DNA from: an uncultured bacterium
GTDB lineage: Bacteria > Oederibacteriota > PGYV01 > CAWJRG01
Direction: 5' to 3'
Assembly (NCBI GenBank): GCA_963845185.1
Contig: CAWJRG010000005.1
Span: 192,001 to 256,000, forward strand
DNA: 64,000 bases
The translations under genes and the position numbers were made by a program. Position 1 is the first letter of the stretch, and every line of letters starts with the position of its first letter. Shown here in pieces: positions 32,532-42,441 of the stretch. Below the pieces are notes generated by a model. The model was not told the origin of the DNA. It was given only the letters and a program-made list of their open reading frames with translations, and made no database searches.

Positions 32532-33758
32532 CTATTCTTTGCTCTGCATTTCCGCAGTCTTTCCTATATATTCCATGATTCCATTGGCTATTGTCTGGGC
32601 AACTGTGTCCCTGTAAACACTGCTTTGCATCTGCTGTGCTTCCCTGTAATTGGATATGAATCCTATTTCCACAAGTACAGATGGCATATTAGTGTTTGCC
32701 AGCACGTAAAAAGGAGCCCGCTCTGTGGGCACCCACTTAAGCTTGAATTTCCTGACAAGGTTACGCTGTATATACCCGGCTGCTTCTATGCTTAAATATT
32801 CAAATGCGCTTTTACGCAGGTCATTCAACAGGAATTCAAAAAAACTCACATTTTTATTTTCGGCTTTTGCTGCTTCAGCAGCTTCCTGGGATGAGGCGGT
32901 CCTGCTATATATATAAGTTCTCAACCCCTGGACTTCCCTGTTATAGGAGGAGTTGCAATGAATGCTGAGAAACAAATCCGCACTTTTCATATTGGCGTAA
33001 ACTGCCCTGTCCTTTAATGATATAAAATTATCGCTGTCCCTCGTTATAAGTACACCTACCGGATACTGCCTTAGATATGCCATCACGCGCGACGCTACAT
33101 CCAGCGTAATGTCTTTTTCGTTAATACCGTTGGCTTGGGCTCCGGGATCCTTGCCGCCGTGTCCCGGGTCAATCACTATTATCTTCCTGTGACCGGTTTT
33201 CACAGGTTGCTCCCTCATTACTTTTATTATTTCCTTTTTTGTCAATACAGGAGCTGCCTGTTTTAATTCATTTATCTGTGCTTGGCCTGCTTGTTCTTCA
33301 TTTGTCTGCTCTTCAACTTTTTTTTCAACTGCAACTACAGAATTTTTCTTTTTGGTTTTAACCCCCTGTTTCTCCTTTACAGTTTCAATTTTCTGTTGTT
33401 CCTTTACGGCTTCAACTTCCGGCTTTTCCTCAGGTTCCTCCATTATATTTGAAATCATTGTAAAAGCATAATCGCTTATAAAAACATCCGAGTTAGAAAC
33501 AAATGGTGCGCTGTCGATTCTTATCAGCCTGTTTTTATATACAATATAAGGATAATTGAAAAAAAGCCTGATATTCTTATTCCCGGCCTTTATTAGCACG
33601 GAATTGTATTCCCACTGAAAGGAAATATCTGCTTTTTTTTCACTTGCAAGGTATTTGACGTTGACAATATCACTGGCAGATACACTGACTGATAGAATAA
33701 AAAAACAAAATACTACTGTCAATAATTTCATAAGGGGGTTAAACCCTGCGGTTTTCAA
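32532..33758 (-). CDS. N-acetylmuramoyl-L-alanine amidase (Amidase_3)
   Basis: IDPGHGGKDPGA, EKD, LSIHCN, MPSVLVEIGFISN; signal peptide. Confidence 0.92.
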   Translation of the reverse strand: MKTAGFNPLMKLLTVVFCFFILSVSVSASDIVNVKYLASEKKADISFQWEYNSVLIKAGNKNIRLFFNYPYIVYKNRLIRIDSAPFVSNSDVFISDYAFTMISNIMEEPEEKPEVEAVKEQQKIETVKEKQGVKTKKKNSVVAVEKKVEEQTNEEQAGQAQINELKQAAPVLTKKEIIKVMREQPVKTGHRKIIVIDPGHGGKDPGAQANGINEKDITLDVASRVMAYLRQYPVGVLITRDSDNFISLKDRAVYANMKSADLFLSIHCNSSYNREVQGLRTYIYSRTASSQEAAEAAKAENKNVSFFEFLLNDLRKSAFEYLSIEAAGYIQRNLVRKFKLKWVPTERAPFYVLANTNMPSVLVEIGFISNYREAQQMQSSVYRDTVAQTIANGIMEYIGKTAEMQSKE

Positions 33759-33833
33759 GCAAATCGCTCCTTCAAATAGAAATGTCTATTTGTTTAGTCA
33801 CTCATACTTTGTATAGATATTAAAATTTGCCTT

Positions 33834-35024
33834 TTAATTTAACTGAGCCGGCGGCTGCTGGGATTTCATCCTCTTTAACTGCGCAGGTGGCTCTTGTGAA
33901 TTTATTCTCTCCCATGCCGGCATATCAATCATCTCGTTTGAATAATTATCCTCCATTAGCTTATTTATTGTGGTTAAAAGTTTGACTTCTTTTGTTTTTT
34001 TCTCTTCCTTTTCGCGGTAATAGTCTGCTCCTGACCTTATTCCTGCTATCAGTATTGTTACTTCTATTTCGTCACCCATTGATGGGTCATTTGCCCATCC
34101 GAATTTTACCCACGGTTTCTCGCCGTCTTGTCCTACGTCATGCTGCGCCTTGATATTTTCTATTTCCTTTATCTCGTTTAAAGTTATGTTTCCCATGTAA
34201 TTCGCGAGTATTATCTTGGCACCCGTCAGTTTTATATCATCCAGGAAAGGATTTTTTATGGCATTCTCATATGCTCTCTTTGCCCTGTCAACACCGCCTG
34301 CCCTGCCTATGCCTATGAACGCGTTACCGCCTTCTTTCAGCGCTGTTCTCACATCCTCAAAATCAATGTTCTGTTCACCTGTAAGCGTAATCATTTTAAC
34401 AATACCGTTTATGATGTTTATCAGAGCTTTGTTTACTTCGGCATACGCTTCGGGCATTGATTTGTTCTTATCGAAAATTTTAAACAAATTTTCGTTTGAG
34501 ATCGTAATTACCGTGTCTGCCTTTTCCTTCAAACTAGCCATTGATTCTTCCACTATGCTAGCTTTCGTTTCGTTAAGCTCCACGCTAAATGGCGTAATGA
34601 CTACAGCTACAGTGAGTATGCCGGCGCTTCTTGCCAGCTCGGCAATTACCGGCGATGCGCCTGAGCCCGTTCCTCCGCCCAGCCCGGCTACAATAAATAG
34701 CAAGTCAGTGCCTGTGAGTTTGTTATCAATCAGGCTTCTATCCTCTTCTGCAGATTTCCTCCCTATTTCCGGTTTATTCCCGCTTCCCCTGCCCCTGGTA
34801 ATCTGCCTTCCTATCTGGATTTTCTCATGCGCGTTTATCTTGCCCAGTGACTGCAGGTCTGTATTCACGCCAATAAGCTCCGCATCGTTGATGCCTGTGC
34901 CGTACATGGCGTTAATTATGTTGCAGCCGCATCCTCCCACACCTATCACCTTTATAATTGCACCCACATACTGTTCCAATTCCTTTGTTTCTACGATCTC
35001 AAACTGTTTGTCGATAATCGACAT
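33834..35024 (-). CDS. ftsZ: Cell division GTPase FtsZ (divergent)
   Basis: IKVIGVGG, NTD, AGLGGGTGSG, NIDFEDV; dcw position. Confidence 0.92.
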   Translation of the reverse strand: MSIIDKQFEIVETKELEQYVGAIIKVIGVGGCGCNIINAMYGTGINDAELIGVNTDLQSLGKINAHEKIQIGRQITRGRGSGNKPEIGRKSAEEDRSLIDNKLTGTDLLFIVAGLGGGTGSGASPVIAELARSAGILTVAVVITPFSVELNETKASIVEESMASLKEKADTVITISNENLFKIFDKNKSMPEAYAEVNKALINIINGIVKMITLTGEQNIDFEDVRTALKEGGNAFIGIGRAGGVDRAKRAYENAIKNPFLDDIKLTGAKIILANYMGNITLNEIKEIENIKAQHDVGQDGEKPWVKFGWANDPSMGDEIEVTILIAGIRSGADYYREKEEKKTKEVKLLTTINKLMEDNYSNEMIDMPAWERINSQEPPAQLKRMKSQQPPAQLN

Positions 35025-35038
35025 AAAACACCTCCTCC

Positions 35039-36289
35039 TTAGAAAAATTCGCTGATCAGTTTTTTAATGAATAAAATTATCCTGTCGATAAGGCTTTTTG
35101 AACCCAGAAAACGGTTGTTCATTCCCTGCTCGTGGATGTAGTAATCAATAAGCCCTATAGCTGTCGCGTACTCGGGTGTGCTTATTATATCGTAAAGCCC
35201 TACTATCTTTTCTTTCATAGGCACGCCGATCCGGCCTCTTACGTTCATTTGTTCTTTTATCAACCTTTCCATGCCATGTAAAAGTGCGCTGCCGCCTGTA
35301 ACCACAACCCCGCTTCCGTACATGGTCTTGTCTATTCCTTCCTTTTTTAGCTCTTCCTTTACGAATTCTATCATTTCCTCTGCTCTTGGCTTGATATACT
35401 GCACCAGTTCCCTCCTGTGGATTGTAGCCTTTTTATCGCTGGTCATATCAGGCACCTCAATTAATTCCGCATCTCCTGCATCTTCGCTGTAAAGCAACCC
35501 GTGTTTCCTCTTGATTTCCTCAGCTGCGCTTTTGGAAGTCTGCAAACCCTGCACTATGTCGTTCGTAAGGTGCGAACCCCCCACTGGTATTACTTTGGTG
35601 AACCTGAAAGCGTCCCTGTTATAAAGCGCCATGTCTATTGTTCCGCCCCCTATGTCGAGCATGAGAACCCCAATATCCTTCTCGTCCTGGTAAAGCACTG
35701 CCTGGGCCGACGCGAGAGGCTGCAGTATAATGTCCTCCAGCCTGTAGCCTGCCCTTTGAACGCATTTTTTCACGTTGTCTATGGCTGTGGTTGCGGCTGT
35801 GATTATATATACATCGACCTCCAACTTCAAACCCGTCATGCCTACAGGATTTTTTATCTCATCCTGAGAGTCAACTATATACTGTACCGGCAGTATATGC
35901 AGTATTTCCCTGTCATGGGAAATAGGCACGCTTGTGGAAAGCTCTATAGCTCTTTCCTTGTCTTCTTCATTTATTTCCTTCTGTTTCGAATGCGACAACG
36001 ATGTGCCTCCGTGACTTTTTATTCCCATTATGTGCCTGCCTGATATCGAAGCTATTACCGACTCTACTTTCAGGTTTGCCATTTCTTCTGCTTTTTCTAT
36101 GGATTTCTTTATCGCGTCCGCCGTTTCGGATATATTAATTATGCTGCCTTTCAGGACTCCGTGGTTTTCCTGCCAGCCAACGCCGATTATATTTATTTCC
36201 TCGCCGTTTACTTCTGCAATCACTGTGCATGCCTTTGTAGTGCCTATGTCGAGGGCCGCTATCACGTTTTCCAGTTTTGAATACGCCAT
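35039..36289 (-). CDS. ftsA: Cell division protein FtsA
   Basis: ALDIGTTK, DIGGGT, VVTGGSALLHG, PEYATAIG; start taken as MAYSK. Confidence 0.95.
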   Translation of the reverse strand: MAYSKLENVIAALDIGTTKACTVIAEVNGEEINIIGVGWQENHGVLKGSIINISETADAIKKSIEKAEEMANLKVESVIASISGRHIMGIKSHGGTSLSHSKQKEINEEDKERAIELSTSVPISHDREILHILPVQYIVDSQDEIKNPVGMTGLKLEVDVYIITAATTAIDNVKKCVQRAGYRLEDIILQPLASAQAVLYQDEKDIGVLMLDIGGGTIDMALYNRDAFRFTKVIPVGGSHLTNDIVQGLQTSKSAAEEIKRKHGLLYSEDAGDAELIEVPDMTSDKKATIHRRELVQYIKPRAEEMIEFVKEELKKEGIDKTMYGSGVVVTGGSALLHGMERLIKEQMNVRGRIGVPMKEKIVGLYDIISTPEYATAIGLIDYYIHEQGMNNRFLGSKSLIDRIILFIKKLISEFF

Positions 36290-36306
36290 TTTGCGCTCAC
36301 CACCTT

Positions 36307-36906
36307 TCATTTGATTATTATTTTATCTTTAAAACGTATGTCTACCGTGCTGAATTTCTTATGCAATTTTTTGAATTTCTCCGCAGCCAGAACGTAATTT
36401 TCCAGCATTTCATCCGTTATTCTGTCTCCCGCAATTATCTTTTTGCCGTCAATCGTAATTAGGAATATCTTGTCCGGGTTGTTTATGTTTATTTCCGATA
36501 TGTCCGACAGGTATTTTTTATCGATCTTCAGCGCCTGGCTCATCGCTTTTCTTTTCTGCTCGTTTTTTTCCGTCAGTGCAGCACCGGAAAGCACCGGCAG
36601 GTCGGATTTGTCCACGTTATTGTCGACGAACTTTATCATGCCATTGCTGTAAATAATGTAAAAATTATCCTTGATTATGAAATATTTCGGCACGGCAAAA
36701 AGCGAAGGCACTGAAATATTTATTCTAAATTCTCTGGTCTGAAAAAAATACTTTATGAGAAGGCCAGTGCAGAAAAGCAGTATGATAACGGTCGTTCCCG
36801 TAATAAGTATTCTCCGTATTGTGTACGAAAGATTCCTTAAAGCGACGCTGCCGCCTCCCGTATTCATCCTGCGCACAAAATACCTTCTTTTTTCAATCAA
36901 TTTCAT
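36307..36906 (-). CDS. ftsQ: Short FtsQ/DivIB-like protein
   Basis: Between ddl and ftsA; one TM helix; LPVLSG and C-terminal VDIRFKDKIIIK. Confidence 0.7.
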   Translation of the reverse strand: MKLIEKRRYFVRRMNTGGGSVALRNLSYTIRRILITGTTVIILLFCTGLLIKYFFQTREFRINISVPSLFAVPKYFIIKDNFYIIYSNGMIKFVDNNVDKSDLPVLSGAALTEKNEQKRKAMSQALKIDKKYLSDISEININNPDKIFLITIDGKKIIAGDRITDEMLENYVLAAEKFKKLHKKFSTVDIRFKDKIIIK

Positions 36907-37820
36907 TGCCTCCTTATGGCGCGTTTCAATAGAATTACTATCATTTCATAAAAACTTATACCTGCCGCTTTTGCGGCTTCCGGTAAAAGACTCACGGGTG
37001 TCATTCCCGGTATTGTGTTGATCTCAAGCACATATATCTTTTTGCCCTGCAAAATCACGTCTGTCCTTGACATGTCTTTACACCCTAGTAGTTTGTGAAC
37101 CTTCATTGCCGTTTCCCCGGATTTTTTTGTGTTCTCCCGGCCTATCCTCGCTGGTATTATATGATTTGATTTTCCCGGGGTATATTTGGCGTCGTAATCG
37201 TAAAATTTATTTGACGGTATTATTTCGATTATCGGCAGGACTCTTTCGCCCAAAACCGGTACTGATATCTCAATTCCTTTAATATACTTCTGTACCATTA
37301 CCACTTTGCTTAATTTCTTTACTTTAGGGAATTTATCCATGGCTTCTTTTAAATTTTTCACTATAAATACTCCAACGGCAGAACCTTCTGCCTCGGGTTT
37401 TAAGACAAGCGGGTATTTTATCTTAATTCTTTTTAGTTCTTCCTTGCTTGTAACAACGGCCCATTCAGGTACCGTAATTCCGTTATAACCGAGTATTTCC
37501 TGTGTTTTCACTTTGTTCATGGCAAGCGCTGAAGATAGAACTCCTGACCCTGTATATGGGATTTGCAAAAACTCCAATATAGCCTGTATTACTCCGTCCT
37601 CGCCATATGTTCCATGTAGCGCTATAAAAGCCGCATCTATTTTCGATTTAATAATTTTATCAATGCTGTGCGAATCAATATCCAAGGCAACGACATTATG
37701 GCCGTTATTTTTAAGTTCATTATAAACTCCTTTGCCTGTCATAAGCGAAACTTCCCTTTCACTTGATATTCCGCCCATCAGCACACCTATCTTCAGTTTC
37801 TTTAAATCCTTGCTTTTCAT
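36903..37820 (-). CDS. ddl: D-alanine--D-alanine ligase
   Basis: GGISSEREVSL, ALHGTYGEDG, EGSAVGV, LEINTIPGMT. Confidence 0.97.
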   Translation of the reverse strand: MKSKDLKKLKIGVLMGGISSEREVSLMTGKGVYNELKNNGHNVVALDIDSHSIDKIIKSKIDAAFIALHGTYGEDGVIQAILEFLQIPYTGSGVLSSALAMNKVKTQEILGYNGITVPEWAVVTSKEELKRIKIKYPLVLKPEAEGSAVGVFIVKNLKEAMDKFPKVKKLSKVVMVQKYIKGIEISVPVLGERVLPIIEIIPSNKFYDYDAKYTPGKSNHIIPARIGRENTKKSGETAMKVHKLLGCKDMSRTDVILQGKKIYVLEINTIPGMTPVSLLPEAAKAAGISFYEMIVILLKRAIRRQ

Positions 37821-37834
37821 AGTTTTCCTTCCTA

Positions 37835-37883
37835 GTGTTTAAAGTTTAATGTTTTAAAAACTTTAAACCTTAAACATTAAACT
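37835..37883. repeat. 7-nt tandem repeats in inverted arms between murB and ddl
   Basis: tttaaag-tttaatg ... ctttaaa-ccttaaa-cattaaa; same unit type as 9352-9403. Confidence 0.6.
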
Positions 37884-37887
37884 TATT

Positions 37888-38787
37888 TTATTTCACGTAT
37901 ATTATTTCCTCTTCAAGCTTTATTTTTGACTTCCTTTTTACTTCTTTTTTTACTTTTTTTATAAGCTCGCTCACGTCTTCAAACGTTGCGTTATGCGCGT
38001 TTATTATAAAATTTGCGTGTTTTTCGGAAACTTTTGCGCCGCCAATGCGTAGCCCTTTTAATCCGGCTTTTTCTATAATTTCACCACTGGAATAATTTTT
38101 TCCGTTTTTAAACACTGAGCCGGCGCTCGGGAAATTAAGCGGGTGCTTCTTTTTCCTGTTATCTATTTTTGCCTTTATTTCAGACAACATTTCATATCTG
38201 TCCCGTTTTATTAAGCCTTTAAATTCCGCGCCGAGTATTATGTCTTTCGTTACCTGAAAAATGCTGTACCTGTATGCAAAACGGCATTTTTTATTTTCAA
38301 TTTTCTTTATTTTTCCCATCCTGTCCATTACATATACAAAATCAATTACGTCGGCCATTGACTTTGCCCTTATGCCGGCATTCATATAGATCGCGCCTCC
38401 CAGGCTTCCGGGTATTCCGGCAGTAAATTCAAGGCCTGAAAGCTCAAACCTGGCCAGTTGTTCCAGAAGCTGGTGCATTTTTATTCCTGCTCCAGCGTAA
38501 ACCGTTTCTTCCTTTATATTTACCTTTTCAAAATCCCCTTTCAGCGAGATAAAAATGATATTTATTTTACCGTCGTTGACCAAGAGGTTTGACCACCTGC
38601 CGACTACCATAATTTTCTTCTTATATTTTTTTAGCACACGCACTAGGTAAATCAGCTCTGCCATGTCCCTAGCCACCGCATATCCTTCTGCCTTGCCTCC
38701 TATTTTGAAAGAAGTCAGATGTTTTACGCTGTAATCCTCGTAGCATTCTATGCCTTTTGCCTTTAATTCCTTGATAAAATTTTTCAT
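37888..38787 (-). CDS. murB: UDP-N-acetylenolpyruvoylglucosamine reductase
   Basis: TSFKIGG, GIPGSLGGAIYMNAG, PSAGSVFKN, SEKHANFIIN. Confidence 0.96.
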   Translation of the reverse strand: MKNFIKELKAKGIECYEDYSVKHLTSFKIGGKAEGYAVARDMAELIYLVRVLKKYKKKIMVVGRWSNLLVNDGKINIIFISLKGDFEKVNIKEETVYAGAGIKMHQLLEQLARFELSGLEFTAGIPGSLGGAIYMNAGIRAKSMADVIDFVYVMDRMGKIKKIENKKCRFAYRYSIFQVTKDIILGAEFKGLIKRDRYEMLSEIKAKIDNRKKKHPLNFPSAGSVFKNGKNYSSGEIIEKAGLKGLRIGGAKVSEKHANFIINAHNATFEDVSELIKKVKKEVKRKSKIKLEEEIIYVK

Positions 38788-40154
38788 TTTACCTTTAAAC
38801 CTTTTTCTATCTGCTCCCTTATCTGGTTCACCGTACCCGCGCCGAGCAGGAATATGTAATCGCCTTTTTTTGTTATTTTTTTAAGTTTTTCTATTATTTC
38901 AGGCCACGTTTTTTCATAATAAACATTTTTATATCCGTTCGCACGCATTCCGTCCCGGATAAGTGCTGACGTCACGCCAGGTATTGCCGCTTCCCTCGCC
39001 GGATAAATGTTGTCGAGTATCACGTAATCTGCTAGTCTTAAAGCGACGGCAAAATCTTTATACAGCTGCTGTGTCCTCGAGAATAAATGCGGCTGGAATA
39101 CTGCTATGATATTTTTATCCGTCACGTTCCTGCCTGTTTCGAGCACTGCCCTTATCTCTGTTGGGTGATGCGCGTAATCCTCGACTATGGTGTATTTTTT
39201 CTCATCGTAAACATTAAACCGCCTGTTCACGTTCCTGAATTTTTTAAGCGCTGCCTTTATCGCAGCTTTTTTCGCGCCAAGATCATAAGCTATCGCTATA
39301 GCGAGCAGCGCGTTCTGGACATTGTGCTTGCCCGCGATATTCAGCTCGAACTCTCCCATGTGATATCCCTTATAAACCACCTTAAACTTCTGAATGAACT
39401 TTTTTGATTCCGTGATTTCGGCAAACACGTCGTTTTTCCTGTCAAATCCGAATAGTATATGCCTTATATAAATTTTATCGAGTATGTCTCTCGTATTGGG
39501 GTCGTCCCCGTTCAGGTACGCCATGCCATAAAAAGGGGTTTTATTTATAAAACCGACGAACGCTTCCTTAAGCGAGTCCATTGTTTTGTAATAATCAAGG
39601 TGGTCGTCGTCGATATTCGTCACTCCCGTGATTACCGGGTTTAAATGCAAAAACGAGCCGAAAGCCTCGCATGCCTCTACAATAACATATTTGCTTCTCC
39701 CGGCCTTGGCGCTGCCGTGTATCGATTTTACTATCCCCCCTATTATATAGGTCGGGTCAAATTCCGCTTCTTCCAATATTTTTGCCAGCATTGACGTTGT
39801 CGTGGTTTTCCCATGCGATCCGGCAATGGCAATTCCGTATTTCAGCCTCATGACTTCATTAAGCATTACGGCCCGCGGTATGACCGGAATTTTCATTTCC
39901 TTCGCCTTTTGTATTTCCGGATTTGTGTCAGGCACCGCGTTTGAATAAACCAGCACTCCTGCGTTGCCTGCGTTCTCGGCTTTGTGCCCTATAAAAATCC
40001 TGCATCCTAGCTTTTTTAACCTGTCGGTGTTTTCAGAATTTTTCATGTCCGAACCAGTGACTTTATAGCCCATGTTAAAAAATATCTCGGCCAGTCCGTT
40101 CATGCCAGACCCGCCTATGCCGACAAAATGTATCCTTTTGATTTCAGGCAGCAT
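38784..40154 (-). CDS. murC: UDP-N-acetylmuramate--L-alanine ligase
   Basis: HFVGIGGSGM, GSHGKTTT, DYAHHPTE, FQPHLFSRT. Confidence 0.97.
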   Translation of the reverse strand: MLPEIKRIHFVGIGGSGMNGLAEIFFNMGYKVTGSDMKNSENTDRLKKLGCRIFIGHKAENAGNAGVLVYSNAVPDTNPEIQKAKEMKIPVIPRAVMLNEVMRLKYGIAIAGSHGKTTTTSMLAKILEEAEFDPTYIIGGIVKSIHGSAKAGRSKYVIVEACEAFGSFLHLNPVITGVTNIDDDHLDYYKTMDSLKEAFVGFINKTPFYGMAYLNGDDPNTRDILDKIYIRHILFGFDRKNDVFAEITESKKFIQKFKVVYKGYHMGEFELNIAGKHNVQNALLAIAIAYDLGAKKAAIKAALKKFRNVNRRFNVYDEKKYTIVEDYAHHPTEIRAVLETGRNVTDKNIIAVFQPHLFSRTQQLYKDFAVALRLADYVILDNIYPAREAAIPGVTSALIRDGMRANGYKNVYYEKTWPEIIEKLKKITKKGDYIFLLGAGTVNQIREQIEKGLKVK

Positions 40155-40168
40155 TTCTTTCTCCTTAT

Positions 40169-40265
40169 GATAGCGTTTATTTTGTCAAGCCAAAGGCAAT
40201 GACAAAATATTACGCTATCTTATACCCGCTCAAGTCCCGAGCTTGCGAGGGACAAGTGGTATATA
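40169..40265 (-). repeat. Two-hairpin dispersed element, compact copy overlapping the murG 3' end
   Basis: gatagcgtttattttgtc...gacaaaatattacgctatc then tatacccgctcaagtcc...ggacaagtggtata. Confidence 0.85.
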
Positions 40266-41335
40266 ATGTCCGTTATTTTTTTTGCTCCGTTTCCTTTATA
40301 CATGCTTTTCAATTTTTTTCTTATTAGGTTGTTTTCCTTTTTATCCAGTATTTTCTTCAGGGCTGTCACCACCGTCTCAGGTGTCAAATCCCTGTCTTTT
40401 ATTATCAGCCCAGCCTGCATTTTTTCAAAAACCGCCGCATTCTTTTCCTGGTGGTTATCGGTAGCATAAGGATACGGCACCAGTATTGCCGGGAATTTAA
40501 GCGCGGCTATTTCCGATAAAGTGCTGGCTCCTGCCCGCATTATTCCCGCGTCCGAAGCCGCATACGCCGAATCTACGTCATGTATAAAATCAAATGCCTT
40601 TATTTGTATTTTTTTATGGCCGGCTGCTGCTTTCTTTACTTCCTTCAAATCCGCCTTGCCGCACATCCATAAAATTTGAATGCCTTTGAGTTCTTTTTCC
40701 ATTGCGCCAATTGCCAAAATAAGCGTTTCGTTTATTTTGTGCGCAGCCCTGCTTCCCGGCATCACCAGTACAGTTTTGTTCGACGGCGACAGTGAAAAGA
40801 CTGCGAGCCCGGCTTTTTTGCTTTTGCCTTTTATGCCAGGTCTCACAGGGTTTCCAACTACAATTGTTTTCTTTCTTGGAAAATATTTAAGCGTTTCTTC
40901 AAAACCTACAGTAATAAAATTCACGAAAACCGAAAGCATTCTGTTTGCTATGCCAGGCACCATGTTCGGCTCGTGTATAAGCGTCCTTTTCTTAAGCAGA
41001 GCCGCCGCAAAAACCACCGGAAAAGACACGAAACCTCCGGTGCCTATCACAAAATCCGGGTTGAATTCCTTCACAATTTTTTTTGCGGCAAATACCGCCT
41101 TTATGTTCAAAAACAGGTTTGTTATATTTTTAAAAAATATTCTCCTGGCAAATGGCCTTGCCGTAACCTCTGCGTATTTGAATCCGTGCTTTAACATGAT
41201 TTCCCTTTCCATGCCATTATCGCTTCCGGCAAAAACAATCTTTGTTTTTTTATTCCTTCTTACCAGTTCTTCTGCTATGGCTATAGCCGGGAATATATGC
41301 CCCCCGGTTCCTCCGCAGGCCAGCATTATTCTCAT
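40220..41335 (-). CDS. murG: Lipid II GlcNAc transferase MurG
   Basis: GGTGGHIFP, GTGGFVS, HEPN, GNPVR, RAGAST, HQEKNA. Confidence 0.97.
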   Translation of the reverse strand: MRIMLACGGTGGHIFPAIAIAEELVRRNKKTKIVFAGSDNGMEREIMLKHGFKYAEVTARPFARRIFFKNITNLFLNIKAVFAAKKIVKEFNPDFVIGTGGFVSFPVVFAAALLKKRTLIHEPNMVPGIANRMLSVFVNFITVGFEETLKYFPRKKTIVVGNPVRPGIKGKSKKAGLAVFSLSPSNKTVLVMPGSRAAHKINETLILAIGAMEKELKGIQILWMCGKADLKEVKKAAAGHKKIQIKAFDFIHDVDSAYAASDAGIMRAGASTLSEIAALKFPAILVPYPYATDNHQEKNAAVFEKMQAGLIIKDRDLTPETVVTALKKILDKKENNLIRKKLKSMYKGNGAKKITDIIYHLSLASSGLERV

Positions 41336-42441
41336 TTTCTCTCTTCGGCGTATAATTTCTTTGAAATGGCCAAAAGAATGCCTATCGCCGTTATTGTGAC
41401 AACCAACGACGATCCTCCGGAACTCAAGAACGGCAGTGTCGTGCCCTTAGGCGGCATGAGACCAATTGCGACTCCCATATTCAAAAACGCCTGAACTATT
41501 ATCATAAACGTAAGGCCAACTGCCGTGAATTTCAGCATCTTGTCCCTTGTATTTCTGGCTATAAGTATGCCCCGCCATAAAATAACAAAGAAAAGCACCA
41601 AAACAAGAGTCGTTCCTAAAAGACCAAGTTCTTCTCCTATTATTGAAAACACATAGTCCGTGTGCGGCGTTGGCAAATAAAGGAATTTTTGCTGGCTTTG
41701 TGTAAGCCCCACCCCGAAAATGCCACCTGACCCTATGGCTATATATGACTGTATGGTTTGGAAACCCATGCCCTGCGGGTCTGACCACGGATTCAATATG
41801 GCCAGTATTCTTTTCATTCTGTAAGGTGATTTAAGTATCAGTATGATAAATGTCAAAACCGCCGCAGGAACCAAAAACAGGAAATAAATAAGCGACATTC
41901 CGGAAATTATATACATAATGAGAAAAAGCATTGTTATAATAAATACCGCTCCAAAATCAGGCTCCAAAATTAGCCCAACCCCTACTATTGCGGTGACGCC
42001 AAGCGCCCTGGTCAATTTTTTCTTATTGTCAATTTTGTCGTTGCTGAACAAGTCGGCGAGGTATAAGACATAAAACAGCTTAATAAGTTCAAACGGCTGG
42101 AAAGGCGGGACAAAAGGCAATTTAAGCCACCTTCTTGCGCCGCCTATTTTCCTTCCCAGTCCGGGTATAAGCGTCATAAAAAGAAGTATCACGGCCACGG
42201 CCATGATCTTCGGTATTGCCTCTTTTAATTTTGCGCTGGACATTCTGTAAAACATCAGTGCAAACAATACTCCGGTTACTGCCCACATGATTTGCCTTTT
42301 CAGAAAAAAAGCGCTGTCTCCTTTGTAATTCTCATATGCAAATACCGAGCTGCTGGAATAAATCATTATAAATCCCAGGAGCAGCATAGCAAATGCATCT
42401 ATGAATAAAACATAGTCAATCTTGTCAAGTTCATTTCTCAT
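41332..42441 (-). CDS. ftsW: SEDS peptidoglycan polymerase FtsW
   Basis: GARRW, FQPFEL, EPDFG, HTDYVFSIIGEELG, LPFLSSGGSS. Confidence 0.96.
   Translation of the reverse strand: MRNELDKIDYVLFIDAFAMLLLGFIMIYSSSSVFAYENYKGDSAFFLKRQIMWAVTGVLFALMFYRMSSAKLKEAIPKIMAVAVILLFMTLIPGLGRKIGGARRWLKLPFVPPFQPFELIKLFYVLYLADLFSNDKIDNKKKLTRALGVTAIVGVGLILEPDFGAVFIITMLFLIMYIISGMSLIYFLFLVPAAVLTFIILILKSPYRMKRILAILNPWSDPQGMGFQTIQSYIAIGSGGIFGVGLTQSQQKFLYLPTPHTDYVFSIIGEELGLLGTTLVLVLFFVILWRGILIARNTRDKMLKFTAVGLTFMIIVQAFLNMGVAIGLMPPKGTTLPFLSSGGSSLVVTITAIGILLAISKKLYAEERK

Noticed and set aside
33773..33792. caaataga-aatg-tctatttg palindrome before the amidase gene
   Set aside because: Single AT-rich 8-bp stem with no second copy or U-tract; too weak to call.
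34216..41399. Plus-strand ORFs opposite dcw genes (34216-35055, 35501-36043, 40680-41399)
   Set aside because: Antisense shadows of conserved essential genes.
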